Shown here: piece after piece, positions 12,684 through 24,689 of the stretch | How positions within the stretch are numbered: position 1 is the stretch's first letter | Layout of the letters: each line of letters opens with the position of its first letter | Assembly: GCA_051453625.1 (NCBI GenBank) | Contig: JBOZIK010000001.1 | Span: 27,150,085-27,199,866, forward strand | Reading direction: 5' to 3' | Length of the DNA stretch: 49,782 bases | DNA from: Welwitschia mirabilis | Lineage: Eukaryota | Notes under the pieces: generated by a model | Database searches by the model: none | What the model was told of the DNA's origin: nothing | What the model saw: only the letters and a program-made list of their open reading frames with translations | Position numbers and translations under genes: made by a program

Positions 12684-15131
12684 TCAAATTATGATTTTTA
12701 CTTTTTGTCTCATGAAACGGACAATCTCCCTTATGATTTTTCTTTGAAAGTTGGACTTACTCATTTTTTTCTTCTTTTTTTCAAATTGATCATCATAAAG
12801 CACATGCTTTTTTAATTTCATCTCTTTTTCTTTAAGTGGGTGATGTTGCAAAAATAAAGTGGGTTTGACATTATCTTTAATGTTGGTCTCATCATCATCT
12901 AAATATTTCTTAGTTGCATTAAAAACTCTAATCATAAAAGTTTTATTATCAAAATGAAATTTCATTGTTTTTTTTCTTGTATCAATGATGTAGTAGGCTA
13001 TTGCACAGAAGGCTCTACCTAGAAGTAAAGGATATCCTCTATCATGCTTAACTTCTATGATAATCACATCAATGGGGTAACAAGCCTCTTCAATTTGTAT
13101 TATTATATCTTTAATGATGCTTATCAATTTCCTAACTGATGTATCTGCTAATTCTAGAACAACCGAGGTAGGCTCTATTCTATCTTCTAAACCAATCCTC
13201 TTACAAATATGAATTGGCATAATATTTACACTCGCTCCAATGTCAATCAAAGCTTTCCTTATTTTTTTATTTTCCTGTACTATAACATTTACCATTGTAG
13301 CTCTTGGATCTTTAAAATTTGGTGATTTTTACAACACTAAGTTTGTGAGGGATTGGGTAAGAAAGACCTTACTAGGAATAACTCTTTTTTGTTTTCTTCT
13401 AATTAAGTTTTTTCATAGTTTTTCATACCCCAAATTTTCTTGTAAAACTTTTTAAAAAGGAAGACTTATGTTCACATTTTTTATTAAAGCTTTTAAATGA
13501 TCATTAAAAGTTGAATTATTGTTAAGCATATCGAGCCAAGGGGTAGTTGAATTTTTCTTTTTCTTCTTGACTAGGGAAGGGAAGTTGTAATCTTCTAAAA
13601 TTTCAATGTAATCTTTCTCTTCATTATTTTGGAAGGTGGATGATTCACATGAAGGAGGGTTTATTTCTTAACCACTTCTTATCACAACCTTACAATCTCT
13701 TATTAGCTTATTTGGGTTGGCAAAGGTTGTGTAGGTAAAGTTTCTTAAGGTCTTTGATTTGCCAATAAAGTTTATTGAGTGACATTCACTAAGTTATCTA
13801 TTTTAGCATTTTTTACCTCTTGTATTCTTTTCATTTCATCTATAGAATTTGCAAGTTGATCATTTGAATGTTGAAATTTATATGAATTTGGTTAGTAATA
13901 TGTGTTTTGGTTTCTAAAAGGTTGATGATTGTTTTAAAAATGAGGATTCAACCCATTTTGTACTTGATTTTGATTTTGAAAGTTTTGAGATGGTTGATTA
14001 AAAGCACAAACTTCCTCTTGAATCTTCTATTTCTAAGTTGGTAAGAAAGGATAATTTTTTGTAACATGATAGTTATCCTCACATAAATCACATGTTTGCA
14101 CAACATTTCTATCAGTGGCATTCTTAGCATCTAAGATCATTTATATGTACTTCTTCAAGGTTGTTGTAAATTTCCTCATAGGATTTATCGGATTTTCTTT
14201 TACCTTTTATTGCTTCACCTGTTTTGCTTCCTTAATGAATTGGCCTACTGTTTGTTTTTCTTTAGGTGTTAATCAAGTTTTACTTACCTCCATAAGTTCT
14301 TCTAATTTTGTCTAAGCATAATCTATTATATGGTTCATGAGGTTTCCATTACAAGATAAATCTATAAGTTGTCTTATATGGGGAGTCAATCCACTATAAA
14401 AATGTTTTATTTTTTCATATGGCAAAAAGGCATATATTAGATTGGAGTGGACTACTACAAATAAACATTCATAAGTAGTGGCATAATCTTCATTGGGTTT
14501 TTGTTGAAAGTTTGTTACCTCTTTTCCTTTTTTTCTTATAGTTTCTTTACTCATGAATCTTTTTATAAATTTTTTCCAGACTTGATCCCATGTTTTTAGG
14601 ATTTTGTGGGATAAATCTTGTAGCCAAAGTTTTGCCCTTCCTTTTAATGTCATGGGAAGGATTACCATCTATGTTCTATCTATTATTTTTTTCTTCCCAT
14701 TTCCTAAGGTGAGGATAAGTTGTTCAATATCTTCAATATGTTAAATAGGATTCTCATTATCTTTTTTACCAAAAATTGGGTAGGTGTGTAAATTTTTAAG
14801 TTCTACATCATCTCCTAGTGATAGATCAAAAGGGTTTTGAATTTCACATTTCTTGTCGGCTAACAATTCTCTAAGGATAAGGTTGGCATTAGGAGTTAAA
14901 GACCCTATGACTTGTTTTATTTCTAGGAAGCACTTGACATTATAGGTTGGTACTCTCCTTCTATAGGTTTTTCATTAAGGAAATCAAATTCAGAAAAAAT
15001 AAATTCAAAAAGAGGATTAAATGCACCTAGAGATTGTCCTTCTGACTCTTCTTCTATGTTTACTAGTCCTTTTTTATTATTTTGTTCTATCAGCTTCTTT
15101 TTTCTAAGATATTTTTTTCCAGATTAACCAT
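12684..15131 (-). pseudogene. gag: Element B gag-protease remnant
   Basis: Retrotransposon gag ORF 14312-14668 (LKGRAKLWL...TWDQV...FQQKPNEDY); zinc-knuckle remnant CDLCEDNYH ~14068-14094; aspartic protease ALIDIGASVNIMP...PLLLGRAF (ORF 12684-13295). Confidence 0.9.
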
Positions 15132-15604
15132 ATCATAACATCCTACAAGTAAAAAATAATAGAAAATAGATCAAAAAATAATAGATCATTGTCCTATCTG
15201 TTGTCTGGATGACAGAAGAGACGATGCATAAAGAAAATAGAAAAAAAGAAATAGAACCAAAATACAAATAAAAAGTAGAAAAAACAAAAAAATAGAAAAA
15301 AATATTTATCATTCACTCGGTCATTTGAACATCATATAAGATAATCGAGTAATTTATTGTAGAGAATAATCACAATTTGAAAATAAAAACCAAAAACAAT
15401 AATATAGCATACTATCATCCTAAGTGTCATGGGGACAACAGAGGGGATGATCACACTTTTTAATAGAAAACTAAAATCGAAAAAAAAAACCAAAATTGAA
15501 ACACAACACATAAAAAACCTATAGTTCTAATAAAGTACAATTTTGAATAGATAAATAACCAGAATACTTATCTAGACGATGATAACCCTTGTACTCCTCA
15601 ATAG

Positions 15605-15625
15605 CCTTCCTCAGCAATGACACCA
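15605..15625 (-). promoter_or_regulatory. PBS of B (Athila tRNA-Asp type)
   Basis: tggtgtcattgctgaggaagg on the minus strand is a transition-eroded TGGCGCCGTTGCCGGGGA. Confidence 0.8.
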
Positions 15626-15628
15626 ATT

Positions 15629-16687
15629 TGTTGCAGTGTGTATTTATGCATGCTTTTACATTTAAATAGATTTTATCATTAATAATTAAAATATATATTA
15701 TGCAAAATACATCATGCTAGAATAATGGGAGTGACTCAAAATGTCGTATCTCATTGAATTCTATCTGTAAAGAGACTCAAGTTGCTTTTGCAAACAATCT
15801 TAGGAACCACAAATGATACATAATAATGCAAGTAAAATTAAACTACCATACAAAGTACAAGATGTAGTCTAAACTAACATGCAATGAAAATGAATCCCAA
15901 CCCTACTTGCTTTTTAGCCCTAATAAGAGCTTCCCCTTAATAATCTATATCACCCAAGAAAATGTCACTAGATCTTGAACAACATTAAACTACAAGGAAT
16001 ATAAAAAATCCTACATGCAAACAATACAAACATGTAAAGAAAATCAAGATTTATATTAAAAAGTATAACATTCATTTAGGTTACAAAATAGCCGAGTCTT
16101 AATAGAAGATACTTAGCCCTCTACCAACTTTCATCTTTCTGTAACTCACAAAGATGGATCTTTCACCCTTTACTCTCTTGTCACAAGATTATATGGTGCT
16201 TTAAAGATGGAAAGGCGAGTAAAAGAGGGCCTTATTTATAGGAAATACAATAAAAAATGATAAACAGAAGGTGTAATTACATGCACTCATTTAGCACTCA
16301 GAAATGAATAAAACAGCTGAGAGAATTTGTTAGTGATAGTTAGTGGAATCCAGGCTATTGTCCAGATGATAGACTATTTACAAAATATGTTCAAAATATG
16401 ACTCAATAGTCCACATAAGCAGTTATTGTCCTTCTTATCATGTGAATGATGGAAGGGAAGATAGTCTTCTTTAATGTCTTTCTTGAGGAGAAACTTAGCC
16501 AATTTGTCAAGAAAAGCTCTGTTTATTGGAAAGTGCCTTAAATGCATCAAATTTGGATAATATCTATACTTTTCTTAGATTTCCTCTTGTATCTCCAAAA
16601 TCCTTAGAATTTCACTAAAACCTGTATAAAAGTATTACAAAATAACTTATAAAACCCATCAAATAATCATAAATTAGAATTGCAACA
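15629..16687 (-). repeat. 5' LTR of B
   Basis: TG...CA termini (tgttgcag...tgcaaca), adjacent to the PBS. Confidence 0.92.
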
Positions 16688-18180
16688 TCTATATAGCAAA
16701 TATTGTGTATCTTATGTAAAAGATATTAATTACTTATGGCTAAAAGATGAAATTAAAACCATTAAATTCTAAGCACTAAAAACCTATTAATTCTTTTATC
16801 CTCTTGAGGGGTCAACTAAATTTTCAAGAGGTCAATACACTAGAGCAGATAGATAAAATAAACTAAATCCAGAGGGGTTGAATAGATTTCTGATGGGATC
16901 GGTTGGCTGTGTAACCTCAAGAACCAGTGTCTCGAAACTAAATAGCAAGGGATCAACTAGATCTTTATTGGGTTGACCGAATTTAAGGACTTGATAAACA
17001 GTATCCCTGAACTGAATGACAAGGGGTCGATCAGGCTTATGATGGGGTCAACCAAATTTATAAACCAAGGAATAGTACTTCTAAACTAATTATTAAGAGG
17101 TCAACTAGACTTATAATGGGATCAACTAGATTTGAGCACTATGAAATTGATACTTCTAAATTGATTGTCATGTGGCTGATCGAACATCTAAAGGGATCAA
17201 CTAGACCTAATGCTAGAAATTGGAAAGATCTTTATTAAAAGAAGCAAGCAACTGGTTTTTGTGGTAGGTGATTAGACTGGGGTCAACCAGACCTAGATGA
17301 AGTTGATAAGATATGAAGCTGTAAGAAATTAGAATAATCAAAATTTTCAATCAAGTAATCTATGTAAGTTACAATACTAGATGGAGTCAACTAAACTTTT
17401 AAAGAGTTGACTAGATGAACAAAACTAAAATCTTCTATCCATTATGTATCTATTTTATATTTATTAGATAGCCATTTTTTAGCCATTTTATAGCCGTTGG
17501 AAGTACATTTCAAATATAATAAATCCTAAAATCATTCTAATATAAGTAAGAAAAAGATAGATAATCAAAAAAATCTTTTCGAACCATTTTCAATGATATT
17601 AATCTTTTGGATCTTAGGAACTAGCACTATAATCTTTAGATATTTGTTGTTGAGTCTTGGCATTTGTACTTCTGACTAAGGAAGATCTATTATCTATTTT
17701 ATATCTACATTCAAGACTAGATCTAGTGCTTCATCTATTATATATCTATAAGAAAAGAGCTTCATAAAATCTACTGAATCAAGAAGAGCAATATTTATGC
17801 ATCATGACATTCTTACTATCACTATTACATACTCTAAAGGTTGAGACTAATCCTACAGAAGTCTATTTATAAATGTTATAGGTGAACCTACAATGCTTGA
17901 AAGAGTTAACAAAGATCTTAATCAATAGGAGTAAGCTGATCCTAGAGAGTGGAGTACGAAGTTTCCCAAACCACTATAAAATCGTATGTGCTTATCTATT
18001 TATTATTTTCTATTTTCAATTAATTTATTTCTTTACTTCTATTAGTTTTCTTTTCATGCATGTTTTGGATTAGTGAATTAATTTATTCTAATTCTTGATA
18101 TATCTTTGATTTACATAGAATACATTATTTTGATTTTTAAGAATCTATTCATTTTACTTCTAGGATTCTCAATCATATCA
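16688..18180 (+). repeat. 3' LTR of A, remainder after the B insertion
   Basis: Colinear with ~2794-4272; ends aatcatatca followed by the TSD ACTTT. Confidence 0.92.
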
Positions 18181-18185
18181 ACTTT

Positions 18186-20111
18186 TTCATGACTAAGATG
18201 GAAATAGATTGAGAAAGGAAAACCTTACTAGAAATGATATATTTTTGTTTTTTTTCTAACTAGGTCTTTCCACAACTTAGAATATTTAGGATTTTCTTGC
18301 AAGAATTTCCAAAAAGGTTAGTTGATGTTTACCTCNNNNNNNNNNNNNNNNNNNNNNNNNNNNNNNNNNNNNNNNNNNNNNNNNNNNNNNNNNNNNNNNN
18401 NNNNNNNNNNNNNNNNNNNNNNNNNNNNNNNNNNNNNNNNNNNNNNNNNNNNNNNNNNNNNNNNNNNNNNNNNNNNNNNNNNNNNNNNNNNNNNNNNNNN
18501 NNNNNNNNNNNNNNNNNNNNNNNNNNNNNNNNNNNNNNNNNNNNNNNNNNNNNNNNNNNNNNNNNNNNNNNNNNNNNNNNNNNNNNNNNNNNNNNNNNNN
18601 NNNNNNNNNNNNNNNNNNNNNNNNNNNNNNNNNNNNNNNNNNNNNNNNNNNNNNNNNNNNNNNNNNNNNNNNNNNNNNNNNNNNNNNNNNNNNNNNNNNN
18701 NNNNNNNNNNNNNNNNNNNNNNNNNNNNNNNNNNNNNNNNNNNNNNNNNNNNNNNNNNNNNNNNNNNNNNNNNNNNNNNNNNNTTGATTATAATTTTGAA
18801 TTTCTAAATCTATTCTCAAAAGGTTTCCAATGTTATTATCCACTTAATCTTTGTTAAAATTATGGTTGGCTTTTAAAGTTAGGTGTTCTGTGATTAAATG
18901 TACACACTTCCTCAAACATTCTCTCTTTACAAGTTGGTAACATAGGTCACTCTTTAGTTTGATAAGAGATATCTTCACATATATCACATGTTGAAGTTGT
19001 ATTTTCTACTTGTACTATCTTTGCATTTACTATCATTTAAGTGTACATTTCCAAAGTGACAGTGAAATCCTTAATTATGTTAATTGAATAATCTTTATCC
19101 TCTTTTTTATCATGTTTTACTTGTTTTAAATATTTTATGATTTAGCCTACAGTTTAATTTTTCTTAGAAGTGGACTTTAACCATGTTTAACTTATCTCTA
19201 CTAGATTTTTCAACATACTCCATCCATCATCTAAAATCAAGTTTATCAAGTTGCTATCATAAGAAAAGTATACAAGTTATTTAGTTTGACTAGTCCATCT
19301 ACTATAGAAATAATATATCACTTTCTCTTTAGGAAATTCATCCATATGATTGGAATGAATAGCTATGATGAAATTCTCATAAGTTATGACATAATCCTCG
19401 TGAGGTTGTTGTTGGAAGTTAGTAACTTCCTTCCTTATTTTTCTCATGAAAATTCCACTCACAAGTCTTATAATAAAAACTTGTTGTTCTTGACTTCATG
19501 ATTTAATACTCTTCTGTGGGATGGCTTTAAGCTAAAGTTTTACCTTTTGTTTAAGTATGACCGTAAAGATAATCATGTAAGTATGATCACTAATATGTTT
19601 CTTCCCATTTTCTAAGGTAAGCACAAGTTATTCAATGTTAGCTAAATGTTGAAAAGGGTCCTCTTTAGGCTTCCCCAAAAATATTAGATAGACACTCATG
19701 TTTCTTAATTCTATATCATCATCAAAAGTTAAATCAAAAGAATTTCAAATTTTATGTTTTTTTATTAGAAATTAAATCTCTAATCATAGCATTTATTTTT
19801 GAAGTCAAAGTTCCTATCATGACTTAGTGTACTAGATGAAGTGACTTACTTTTTCTTTTGTGATGATTCTAATGTAGATGAAAAATAAATGTCATGATCT
19901 ATTTCTATGCTGTTATTTTCACAATTTTCTTTTGAAAAATTTGACTCTGAAATTATAAAAGGAAAAAATATTCTTTTTTAATTCTTATAGTTTGCATACC
20001 TGGGGTGTGCGTACCTAGATTTTATTTAAAGTTAAATAATCCTTCTTTGATATTTTTCTTAATCAAGTTCTGCTCTCTTTGATATTTAATCTTTTTACCA
20101 AAATTTACCAT
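18186..20111 (-). pseudogene. gag: Element C gag remnant (contains an N gap)
   Basis: LTLENGKKHISDHTYMIIF and EVTNFQQQPHEDY (ORF 19277) are homologous to B and D gag; CDICED knuckle remnant ~18970-18988. Confidence 0.85.
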
Positions 20112-20548
20112 GTCCTTACATACTTTAGATAGAAAACAAAGATTGAAATAAAAAATAACTGATAGTTATCCACCTAGTTATGGAAATAATAGAAGGAATA
20201 ATGATTAAAATAATAGAGAATTGCTAAAATTAGAGAAAAATTACTGTAATTAGAAAAACAAACTATTCTCCACCTTGTCATGGGGACAATAGTAAGGATA
20301 ATAGTATTTTATTATTACTAAAAAATTTTTTTTAAAAATAAAATAAATTTAAAAATATATTACTGTTGTTCTCAGTGTTGTGTGGATGACTGAGGGGATG
20401 ACAATACTTATTAAAGCTATGGAAAACAAATATTACCAAAACAAACCTACTAAACTAGAATAAAAATTTAGTACTATTTTAAATAATTAACTTAAATTAA
20501 AATTAAAAGGAGTTATCTAGATAGTGGTAATCCTCTAGCTCCTTGTAG

Positions 20549-20569
20549 CCTTTTCCAACAATAGCACAA
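20549..20569 (-). promoter_or_regulatory. Degenerate PBS of C (tRNA-Asp type)
   Basis: ttgtgctattgttggaaaagg on the minus strand, in the same context (gtagcc) as the D PBS. Confidence 0.65.
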
Positions 20570-20572
20570 AAA

Positions 20573-21827
20573 TTTTGTGGCATAAATTTGTGCAATCTTT
20601 AAGTCCCTAAGTAATACCTATAAATCATAATACCTATAGAAAGACACACACTAGTATAGATAGGAGTGAACCTAAATGTCATGATCTATTAAATGCACGA
20701 GGCTAGAAGTTAGAGAATTGATTTCACAAAGTATCCTTAGTCTTTTTCCTTTAGTAAATAAAAATAATAAGCTATGCAAATGTAATATAAGATGAATGAT
20801 GATGAAATGCAATTAGACAAAATGCAAGTGTAATGAGCCTATTTGAATTCCAATCCTTCTATCATAAGAATGGATTCCTATAACTTAGATTAATTAGAAA
20901 GAGTTATCACTTATGCCTAATCAACATAAACTATAAGATATATCAAACAGAATATGCATAAATGCAAATATGGAATGGAAGGGAAGGATATGTAATGCAA
21001 GATCTAAACTAATAATGTTAATCTTAATAAAGGTTGTACTTATGATCTAGATAAACTATGAAGTTGTGACCAAATTATAATCAACTTAAAACATAAGGGA
21101 GGTTTACACAATAGAAGTGAAAAGAGTTCTTGAATTAATCATCAATTTAACATCCACTTATAACAAAGTAGCAGCACCTCAATGGAGGATACTCAACTCA
21201 TCACCAAAGAAATCTTCTCTCTGTAACTAATGGATGAACCTCTTATCCAATTTTTCATCACAAGAATATCTATATAAAAGATGGAAATAGAGGTGAAGAA
21301 AAAAGGGGGTATTTATAGTTCTACATTGGAGTTATAGAAGCAAAACCCTAGGAGTTAGAGAAGAAACCCTAGCAATCCAAATGGGCTACATGACCCTATT
21401 ACAAAGATGATTTACTTTTATTCATATAAAATAGTTGTCATCCTATCTGGCATGGTGATGATAATAGGAATGATACTCCATAAGAAGAGGTGATTCATCA
21501 GCTTCAAGCCCTATAGTCAACTCCATAGCCTTAGTTCATGTCAATAGTACTATCATTCTGACTGTCATGGGGATGATAGAGGGGATGATAAGCCTCTTTA
21601 TCTTTTTAGCTTAAGAGAAATCAACCTTCTATATTATTGATTTTTTCTTTAAAACATGAAGTTTTAGAATATTTCTAAAATGCCTTCAAATATATCATGA
21701 ATTTCATATTTTAGTGATCATCCCATCATTTCTCCATAATCATTATAATTACATCTAAACCTATATAAATGTCTTACAAAAGTACATAAAATACCTCATT
21801 AAAATACCACAAATTGACATCATAATA
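20573..21827 (-). repeat. 5' LTR of C
   Basis: Homologous to the B, D and G LTRs (terminal aaaatacc...aaattgacatcataata; internal atggaggatactcaac). Ends are eroded, so boundaries are approximate. Confidence 0.75.
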
Positions 21828-22317
21828 GGGAAGGAATGGATCATTAAGAATAAGCTTAAGGTAGAGGATTATGGAAGGTTTCTTCATATTTAGAAAGTCA
21901 TCACCCTTCATGAATAAAGGGTTCAATAAGGATCATTAAAAACTTAAGAGTTTCTGATGGGTTTATTGAATCTTATTCATTAATTTGGTAAAGGATTTGA
22001 AGGGGATTGTTAAGAACTCAATAATTTTTAACAAGATCCTTTAAATCTATTTGCTTAATTATAATTAAATAAGAAAATGAATGATTATACTTATGCATGT
22101 AAAAGAATTATAATTGAAATTAATGATTTTTTTTGAATAAGAGCCTTGTTTCTTAGTTTCTAGCAAAGGTTAAATATAAGATTTCAATTCTTGTTTCATA
22201 TTATCCTAGCCTATCACAATGTAATTCTCTCAATTGTTCTATTAATAATGGTAAATTCATAGTAATCAATTAAGAAATCTTGATTTATAAAGCTGAATTT
22301 GTTCTAAGCTTATGAAG

Positions 22318-22525
22318 GTAGATTTTAGATCTATCTGATTAACTTGATCTATAGCTTAAGTTTTAAATTTGAGCTATTACTAATCAACTAGACATTTTCA
22401 ATTCAAAGTGCATAGAGATAGGTTTTTTGGATTTATCTAATTAACTTAAAATCTAATTTAACGTTTTAAATTTCAATTAGTATTAGTCAACTAGATAATT
22501 CTAATTTAACCGTGGAAAAAAAATG
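22318..22525. repeat. Diverged ~103-bp tandem duplication in unassigned DNA
   Basis: gatctatctgattaactt...ttttaaattt...tcaactaga occurs twice. Confidence 0.6.
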
Positions 22526-24689
22526 GTTGAAAGTTTAAAATTATTTTAACACAGGTCATTATTTTCTTCATAAGTTTAATTAATATGATTATGATAAAAT
22601 CTTGACTTTGATAATGTGTGTCATTTTAGTTTACCACTTGGAAACCATTAAAGATGGCCTAATTTTTATAGATTTCTATGCACTTGTAATTATGAGAAGT
22701 CTAGAAAAAGAACTATACTACTCATATATTAAGCTAAAGTTTTAACTTCGAGTTGTCTATAAAATCTTTACTTTCTCTCTTGATGTTCAGATCTTTAATG
22801 AACACCTGATACTTAGAGAAGAAATGCAAGACATGTATGTAGCTTGATCATCAATTTTAATTCATTACTAAACATGTGTAACTAAATGTTTTGTAATTAG
22901 TTATATTGATTAATTAATTTAAATAATAATTTTAATTATAGATGTCATCCATTAATTAAATAGTTTCATCTTCATTACACTAGGTTTTAGAGTTTCCTTC
23001 TAATCATCTTTAACAATTTTCTTTCTTCTTGGACTTAGTCTATATGACATCCACTCCTTCTTGTTATCCTATTGCTATCTTTGATGTCATAAAAGTAAAA
23101 TGATATCTTTTTAATTTGTATTTTATTTAGATATAGATGTGCATTATAAGCATAAAATCTTAGTCATCTCCAATTATTATTAGGTTTAAGAATGGGGTCT
23201 AATATTCTTTCTTTACTGGCTATAAATTAATTACTAAAGGTTTGGATACTTTGGATACCTTCATCATAGAAAATGACAAGGAATAATTTGAGAATGAGTC
23301 ATCCCTTCAAGCTTTAGTCCTATGATTCATTACTTGATGGGTAGGTATCTAAGGGTCAGGATAGAAGAACTATGTCAACAACTTAATTAAAGAGGTTTAG
23401 CTTATGATGTTTCTTTGGGAATGTTCACAAGAAAAATGTAGGTATTATAGAAAAATTTAATTAACTATAGGATACTAATCTTATATTTAGCTTAGTTTTC
23501 TTATGTTTCAATAATAAGAATATAAATTAGATGACATGAAATGAAAAATCATACAAAATGTTTTGGCATATACATCCTCAAGAAATATACATGCTAACAA
23601 AATAATTAAGTGAGATGTGCTTACTACCTCCTTCTAAAAGTCCTACTAGATCTTATAAAACTAAATATTTTAGTAGGAAAAATAAATTCTTTATCTACTT
23701 TAAGAATTATATTTATGATAGTTATGTGATTACTTTTGTCTCGTTCCTTTATGTTTTAAGATGATTTAAGAAAAGGTTTGTTATGTTTTAGAGAGTTTTT
23801 ATTTATAATGATATAATAATTTACCTTATTTAATAAATTTTATAATTATTATTATTAATAAAATTTCCCTAAATTTAAAAATATTCATAATATCTTTATA
23901 TCAAAGAAAATTCTCATAGAACAAGTTACTAAATTGTCAAAGAAATCACAGTGATTTCAAAATAAAGAAGATTTTATCTATAACTAAAATAGAATTTAAT
24001 AATTAGTACATGATTAAATGAGAGATTTCTTAATCCATATTTCATCACATAACAAATATCATTTTTTAATTATAATAGTGAGTTGTAATTGATAATTTTT
24101 AGTCTTAGCAAGTAGCTATGTCTTAGATGACTGCTATAACATAACTATTTCTTAACTCATTGTTATCAAATATATACTATTTACCCAAAATAAGGAGAGT
24201 GAAACTAATATTAGAGGAGTAATAACTCAAAAATATTTTTCAAATCTAGATCATGACCAACTAACCACCTAGTGAAATTCTTATAACTATCATATTGTTG
24301 TGCTAAATATCCATCTTAGGAATATTTGTCTTTGTGCACTTATAGTAGAACATTGTGGTATATATTTCTTCTTCTTAATCTTCTTTTATAAGATTTAAAT
24401 ATTCTAACATGTCATGAAACATGAATCTTTAATCTTATTGGTATAAATGATGCCCAATATCCTAGCTAGATTCTTGGTTTAAAGTAACTCAAATTTATTT
24501 TGAAAAAATTTAATAAATTAGTAGTTTGAATTGTGTCTAAAGAAATAATTATGATCTTATTACCTAATTAGATTTGTTTACAAGTTGAGTAAAGTATTTT
24601 CTCCACCCTATAGGAGTTTTCTATGGAGTGGAGTAAAGATTTATTTTCATAATATGTTCTCATTCTTTATCCATTAATTTGATAAGTTA

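Larger units (their letters stand above)
8902..16687 (-). mobile_element. Element B: non-autonomous Athila-like LTR retrotransposon encoding only gag and protease
   Basis: LTRs 8902-9970 and 15629-16687; TSD TCTAT (8897-8901, 16688-16692); PBS, PPT and gag-PR present; no RT/RH/INT motifs seen between PR and the PPT. Confidence 0.9.
2753..18180 (+). mobile_element. Element A: Ty1/copia Sirevirus (SIRE/Maximus)-like LTR retrotransposon, decayed, without an env-like ORF; 3' LTR split by element B
   Basis: TG...CA termini; TSD ACTTT at 2748-2752 and 18181-18185; ~1.5-kb LTRs; PR-INT-RT-RH order; PPT aaaggggaagat; C-rich motif and TATCA at the LTR 3' end. Confidence 0.92.
191..21827 (-). mobile_element. 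Element C: decayed autonomous-type Ty3/gypsy (Athila-like) LTR retrotransposon, interrupted by element A; its 3' part lies left of the window
   Basis: 5' LTR 20573-21827, PBS ~20549-20569, gag 18186-20111, PR-RT-RH-INT 191-2752. The coding sequence resumes across the A insertion (TSD ACTTT). Confidence 0.85.

Noticed and set aside
15131-15180. Pyrimidine tract plus ttgtag just before B's gag ATG as a 5' UTR splice acceptor
   Set aside because: It is not clearly conserved in C or D, and such tracts are common in AT-rich DNA.
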